In this document: piece after piece, positions 58,674 through 64,000 of the stretch | How positions within the stretch are numbered: the first letter of the stretch is position 1 | Layout of the letters: every line of letters begins with the position of its first letter | DNA from: a virus | Taxonomy: Duplodnaviria; Heunggongvirae; Uroviricota; Caudoviricetes | Direction: 5' to 3' (one strand) | DNA: 64,000 nt | Virus record (IMG/VR): IMGVR_UViG_2751185775_000001 | Location: 9,005-73,004 of that record | Position numbers and translations under genes: made by a program | The notes under the pieces: model-generated | The model's database searches: none | What the model was told of the DNA's origin: nothing | The model's input: only the letters and a program-made list of their open reading frames with translations

Positions 58674-60371
58674 ATGAGCACAGCATTAACCCTTTCCACT
58701 CCGCATTTAGATTTCTCCGGTAGTGACTTTGTTTTCCGCGAGGAAATGAATCAGATCCGCAACGTGATTTCAGACTTTCAGGCCGAAATAAAAGAGCGTG
58801 AGATGCTGCATTCAATTCTGTTCGCCGGTGATCGCGTTACCAAAATAAACAATCTGCTGGATGAGGCGGCAAAGCCGGGTGAACACAGGCACGGCTCATA
58901 CCGTCTGCCATACCACATTGACCTCGATTACGTTCGTGGCAACCTGAGAGCCAAATACTGGCAAAAGGTTGTTGATATGACCAACGTCCTGCAACTGATG
59001 CCGGCAAAACGCCGTGATGAGTGGAGACGGCAGTTTATCGAGGGGAAAGTCACTATGGATAAGCCAGATCCGTACTGCGGCAGCATGCGGTCTGTTGTCG
59101 AGTATGTCGGCGTGCCGGAGTTCAGCGAGGACTCGGTGTTTCCCACCCTGCTTGCGTTGCTTAATGAGCGAAACGTATTCCTGAATGAGCGGGTTTACGG
59201 GGTGTTCTGCGCTCTGAGTCCGAAACACAAAACGAACAAAAGCTATGGTTTTTCTGAGCGTCTTATCCTTACGGATGTAATTAGTGACCGCTGGTATGAC
59301 TCTATTTCGACAACCAGTTACCGTGAGGACAGCATTGACGACCTGCGGATGGTACTGCGGTTTTTCGCACACGGTAGCTTATCAAGGGTAGAGCGTTTGC
59401 AGACTGTCCTGAGCGCGGTATACCGTGAAGATGCAGAAAACCATAACTTCGGTAAGTGGGTATCGATAGACGGCAATTTGCTCCGGGTGAAAATGTTTAT
59501 GAATGGCAACCTGCATATCGAGATCCATCCTGATGTTGCGTGGAAACTTAATGAGGTCTTGGCAGCATCACTGCCGTATGCCATTCCGACCGAGTTCCGC
59601 AGTACGCCGGCAAACCGCCGTGTTGTTAAAGATTTCGGGGAGATCCTGACGCCTATCGATGATGAAGTGATAACTCTGATCACGACCCTGGACGGCTCAG
59701 AATATGAATTTACGGCTTCTCACTACCATTGGGACAGCGCAAAGGCAGATACAAAGGCGGAGTTTGTTGAAGTCATGAAGAAACTCGGTGGATTCCCCGG
59801 CAAGCACAGCAGCGCATGGTGCTTCCCCTACCCGTTCAGTGAAGTGAAAAACTACATCACCAGAAGCCGCTGTATGCCGGAACAGAAATCACACCAATTC
59901 TATCCGACACCTGAGCCTATTCAGCGCGTGGTGGCAGATCTGATTGAGTTGCAGGACGGCGATAGACTGCTTGAGCCGTCAGCAGGACGCGGTGATTTAC
60001 TCACGTTTATCGACGCACCGGATCAGACAACCTGTATCGAGCTGTCACCGATATTCTGCAAAATCCTTGAGTCGAAAGGCTACAAAGCTACAAATGGTGA
60101 CTTCCTGAAATGGTCAGACGAGAATACCGGCGTTGAGTTCGATAAAATCGCCATGAACCCGCCATACTCAGAGGGGCGTGCCAAGGCACATGTAGAGGCT
60201 GCGATACGCCACCTCGAACCGGGCGGGCGCTGTGTGGCAGTTATGCCGGGAAGTGAACGGATGCAGTGGCTGGATGCCGGGCAGTACAGGGTTGAAGACT
60301 GCGGAACGTTCAGCGGGGAGTTTGAAGATACGGGTGTAACTGTGAAAGTTTTCAAAATCGTTAAGATGTAA
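58674..60371 (+). CDS. N6-adenine methyltransferase domain (C-terminal) fused to an about 400-aa N-terminal domain of unknown function
   Basis: C-terminal FYPTPEP, LEPSAGRGDL (motif I), NPPYS (motif IV). Confidence 0.55.
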   Translation: MSTALTLSTPHLDFSGSDFVFREEMNQIRNVISDFQAEIKEREMLHSILFAGDRVTKINNLLDEAAKPGEHRHGSYRLPYHIDLDYVRGNLRAKYWQKVVDMTNVLQLMPAKRRDEWRRQFIEGKVTMDKPDPYCGSMRSVVEYVGVPEFSEDSVFPTLLALLNERNVFLNERVYGVFCALSPKHKTNKSYGFSERLILTDVISDRWYDSISTTSYREDSIDDLRMVLRFFAHGSLSRVERLQTVLSAVYREDAENHNFGKWVSIDGNLLRVKMFMNGNLHIEIHPDVAWKLNEVLAASLPYAIPTEFRSTPANRRVVKDFGEILTPIDDEVITLITTLDGSEYEFTASHYHWDSAKADTKAEFVEVMKKLGGFPGKHSSAWCFPYPFSEVKNYITRSRCMPEQKSHQFYPTPEPIQRVVADLIELQDGDRLLEPSAGRGDLLTFIDAPDQTTCIELSPIFCKILESKGYKATNGDFLKWSDENTGVEFDKIAMNPPYSEGRAKAHVEAAIRHLEPGGRCVAVMPGSERMQWLDAGQYRVEDCGTFSGEFEDTGVTVKVFKIVKM

Positions 60372-60429
60372 CATTTTTAAGGGATAAAATAATATATAAT
60401 TTTAAGAAAATAGCATATTGGCATGATAT

Positions 60430-60813
60430 ATGGTGATTACTGTGAATAAAATGATTGTAGGTATGAGTGTGGCTTTGTTGTCTTTTTGCACAATTGCAGA
60501 AGAAATAAAATGTGAGCCTCATAAATCGGGAATTTTAAAATTTGCTAGTGGAACAGATATCGTCGAGAAAATGAGTTTCCATCAATACCTTGATAGTAAT
60601 ATATATAAAGTGTCTGGGAACAAGGATCCGTCGGAAAATTATGATGAAAATAAGGCAATTTTCTGTCAGGCTGCTGATGTTAAGGAAAAAAAAGAATGTG
60701 GGGATCTCATAAGTAACTGTATTTCTTGGTATGGTAATTTGTCAAAAAATGAGAAAGATGAATTAATATTTAGACATATAGCTAGCTATTTGGATGCTTT
60801 ATCGAAAAGTTAA
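60430..60813 (+). CDS. Small secreted protein, low GC
   Basis: Signal peptide MIVGMSVALLSFCTIA. Confidence 0.35.
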   Translation: MVITVNKMIVGMSVALLSFCTIAEEIKCEPHKSGILKFASGTDIVEKMSFHQYLDSNIYKVSGNKDPSENYDENKAIFCQAADVKEKKECGDLISNCISWYGNLSKNEKDELIFRHIASYLDALSKS

Positions 60814-60965
60814 GATATTTATAATATCTAGTTCGGTAATTTTTATTGTGCATATCAGCAAATTGCTGAGAACTATTGGTAATGTTCGTCTCTGTACCAA
60901 AATGCATATAAAAGTATTTGAGTCTACGGATTGATGCTGACTTTTTTGAACAGTGATCCCAGAGA

Positions 60966-63535
60966 GTGATAATTATGGATATAAAAACGGATATCTGTAC
61001 ATGGCTGCTTAAACAGCAGGAATGGTTCCAGGTTCTTGCGGAAAATCTTATCGCTAAAGGTAGTTTGTCAGTTGAAGATATCAACTGTATAGTTGCTTTG
61101 ATTAAAACTCCAGAAGGTCAAAGTGTTACGAAGAATCGAACATTTGATGGACTTGCATCTCCGGAGGCAAATGACGATACTCTCCGGATCATCAAAATTG
61201 ATACAGTTCGAGGAATCGAAAATCTCGCTCCTCGTATACCTCTTGACTTTGGTACAGGTAATCTCACAGTTATTTATGGCCACAATGGTTCAGGTAAATC
61301 TAGTTACACTCGGGTGCTGAAACGTGTATCAGGTAAGCCTCGAGCCGCCCCATTAAAGCCAAATGTCTTTCAGCCGACGCCACCCGAACAAAGTTGTCAT
61401 ATTACGTGGGAAATAAATGGTGTTAGTGAGAGTGAAAGCTGGACATCCAATAGCGCCGCTATCAATGCTCTTAAGGTGATCGATATTTTTGACACTGATG
61501 AGGCTCAACATTATCTCACTCAAGAAAGCACCGCTACCTATATTCCAAGTGTAGTGAGTTTTTTTTGAAAAATTAGCCCAGTATACAAAAATTATTCGTG
61601 AAAAACTTAGCAGCGAGCAGGGATTACTAGTGAGCCAACTTCCTATGCTTCCTGACTCTTATCGGCGCTGTATTATCTCTGGGAATTATAGCGCATTAGG
61701 AGGTGTCAGCGCCGAGAATATCTCGATAATGACCAATTGGTCAGATGTCGATGAACAGATGCTGAAAGTACTAAATGAACGACTCAGTGTGCAAGATCCT
61801 ACTGAACACGCTCGACAAAAATTGGCTCTACGTACCTCTGTTATACAAATCATAACCAAACTGGAACAAACGGCACGTGCGTTTAGTGTATCTGGTATCG
61901 ATACAATTCGAGCCTTGAGAGCTGATGCAAGGACAAAACGTATTGCCGCACAGGAAAGTCAAAAAATTAAAGATGGTTCTCTTGAGGGGGTTGGTACTTC
62001 GACATGGAGAGCTATGTGGGAAGCCGCTCGGATATATTCACAGCTGCCTTATCCCGATGTAGCGTTTCCTGTTACAGCCGGAGCGAGCTGTTTGCTTTGT
62101 AATCAGGAACTATCCGCAGAGGCGCAACAAAGGTTAGTAAATTTTGAAGCATTCGTGCAATCCCGTATCGAGATCGAGGCTAACGCGGCAGAAGATTATT
62201 ATGTGCGTGCACTCAGTAATTTAATGGTTTCTCCTTCCACGTCTGAGATTGCTACTCTTTGCGCTGGTGCTGCCCTCCCTGACCAGTGGAAGGAGTACTT
62301 GTCAAGTATATGGACCTTAGCATCAGCTTCTCGTCAATCATTAATTGAACACGAAGCGATTCAGAATGCGCAACCAATACCTGATTTGAGTGATGCGATA
62401 ACAAAATTAATTGTATATCGCGATAAACTTCAGGGTGAAGCTGACCAATTTCAAAAGGATGCTGCTGGATTTGACAAAGCTAAAGCGATACTGGACAAAA
62501 ATGAAGCAGAGGCTCGTAAGTGGGTCGCTAGTCAAAAAGAATCAATTGAGGCTGAATCAGTTAGGCTTAGAAGATATGACGACTACGATAAATGGATAGG
62601 ATTTACCAATTCCCGTTTTATTTCATTAAAATCTACTGATGTAACTCAAAAAGTAGTAACGGACGCCTATGCCGCGAGGTTTAATCAGGAATTGAGAGCG
62701 CTAGGAGCCGGCACTATTCAGGTTGAGCTTGTGAAAATCAGGACTGAAAATGCGAAGGTTTTACACCAGCTACAATTGATTGGCGTTCAGAGAGATAAGC
62801 CGCATAACGTTCTTAGTGAGGGGGAAAGGCGAATTATTTCGTTAGCGGCATTCTTAGCTGACGTAAGTGATAGGCCAGGATCTGCTCCATTTATTTTTGA
62901 TGACCCTATTTCTTCACTGGATCATGATTTTGAGTGGCATGTTGCGAAGAGATTGGTGGAGCTTGCAAAATCTCGTCAGGTTATTATTTTGACACACAGA
63001 TTGTCTCTTTTTGGTGTAATAGAGGATTTGGCTAAAAAAAGAAGGCGATGTGTGGAAAAAACAGCATCATCTCTCTATATGTATCGAATCTTACAACGGT
63101 GTCGCCGGCCAACCAGCTGATCAGGCTGCTTGGAACGCAAATACTAGATCAGCTAATAATATTCTTCTAGAAAAATTGAGTAAGGCTTTCCAGATTGGTG
63201 AAGAACATGGAGCAGAAGCATATCGTGGGCTAGCTCAAGGCATTTGTAGTGATTTTCGAAAACTTATTGAACGCTCTGTTGAAGAGGACTTACTTAATGG
63301 GATTGTTTTACGGCACCGCCGAGGCATTCAAACAGATGGGAGGCTTCAGCATATACCAAGTATTTCTTTAGAGGATTGTAAATTAATCGAAAGTCTGATG
63401 ACTAAATACAGTTGTTTCGAACACAGTCAATCAACCGAAGTGCCTATTTTCATCCCTGAATTTTCAGAGTTGCAAGCTGACCTCACTTGTTTAAAGGAAT
63501 GGCGCGAGCAACTTAAAAAGCGGCGGACACAATAG
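60966..63535 (+). CDS. Large ABC-type ATPase (RloC/PrrC- or AAA_13/15-like) with coiled-coil insert containing CLLC; split into three ORFs at the T8 run (61559-61566) and an A-run (63034-63040 or 63056-63061); probably one gene of about 850 aa
   Basis: Walker A GHNGSGKSS (ORF1); coiled-coil with CLLC, signature LSEGERRIISLAAF, Walker B FIFDDPISSLD (ORF2); C-terminal 160-aa domain (ORF3); single-base deletions fuse all three. Confidence 0.5.
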
Positions 63536-64000
63536 AAATATAGTGACTAAAACCACCTCAGCGTTGACGTTTTCTATAAGTGCGAATTGACTATCATTTA
63601 AAGCCTCTTTTTGAGGCTTTTATCGTATATAAATCAGATAGATATAGATGTATAAGGATTGCAAAGTCATGATCAACGAATAGTCAACGAAAAATTGACT
63701 TTTGAGGGGCAAAAAATTGACCATTTCGCAAAGACATTCTTACAGAGATTCCGGCGATATATCCGAGGAAAAACGAAACCGGAGCAATTCCCAAAACGTA
63801 GAATCAGGCAGTCCGGAACAATCAGAATATCCAGCCCAAAACAGCGAACCATAAACCCCAAATCTGGAGAGGAAACAGACCAAAGGCAAAACGAAACCGG
63901 AGAGTAATCAGCAGGAGCAATATCGAACCAAAGAGACAACCGCCCTGCCCCACCAATTCCATTCCCAAAGCAATCCCTGAAACAACCCAACCTGATTACC

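Noticed and set aside
1-64000. Search for tRNA / tmRNA / rRNA genes
   Set aside because: No cloverleaf-compatible segments with a GTTC-type T-arm and acceptor pairing were seen by eye. tRNAscan-SE should be run to confirm absence.

Overview
This window looks like part of an enterobacterial phage-plasmid of the SSU5 / pHCM2 type. It combines plasmid-maintenance functions with a large phage DNA-replication and nucleotide-metabolism block. Everything below is read from the six-frame ORFs and the raw sequence; no database search was run.

Plasmid maintenance:
- ParA plus a small partner protein.
- A RepA-type initiator flanked by about 13 iterons and an adjacent DnaA-box / direct-repeat origin.
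- A pemIK/mazEF-like toxin-antitoxin pair.
- A tyrosine recombinase next to a divergent XRE-repressor / small-protein switch with a 20-bp perfect palindrome.

Phage replication and nucleotide metabolism:
- DnaB-like helicase, DnaG-like primase, ATP-dependent ligase, DnaE-type Pol III alpha, gp32-like SSB, 5'-3' exonuclease/FEN, RecA-like recombinase, SbcCD, RuvC-like resolvase and a DnaQ-like exonuclease.
- NrdAB, ThyA, DHFR, dCMP deaminase, a nucleotide kinase and a MazG-like pyrophosphatase.
- A CobS/CobT-like ATPase/VWA pair, a Dam-type methyltransferase and a second large methyltransferase fusion.

Other content: an Rz/Rz1-type spanin pair with the lipoprotein embedded in the +1 frame, an Hfq-like protein, an SPFH protein, a SLOG-family protein and an HD (SpoT-like) hydrolase. 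Several low-GC accessory islands carry uncharacterised genes.

Most notable observations:
- A palindromic motif TAGGTATT...TACCTA recurs upstream of at least seven genes.
- A 13-mer GGAGCACGGCTTA occurs three times in intergenic DNA.
- At least eight ORF pairs or starts are broken exactly at 7-9-nt A/T homopolymers, each repaired by deleting one base. Systematic homopolymer sequencing error is the most likely cause; programmed slippage is the alternative.
- A low-GC two-gene cassette (10955-12477) encodes a PD-(D/E)xK-like protein plus an unknown partner.
- A large RloC/PrrC-like ABC ATPase with a CxxC coiled-coil insert lies at the 3' end.

No tRNA, rRNA or CRISPR array was seen.
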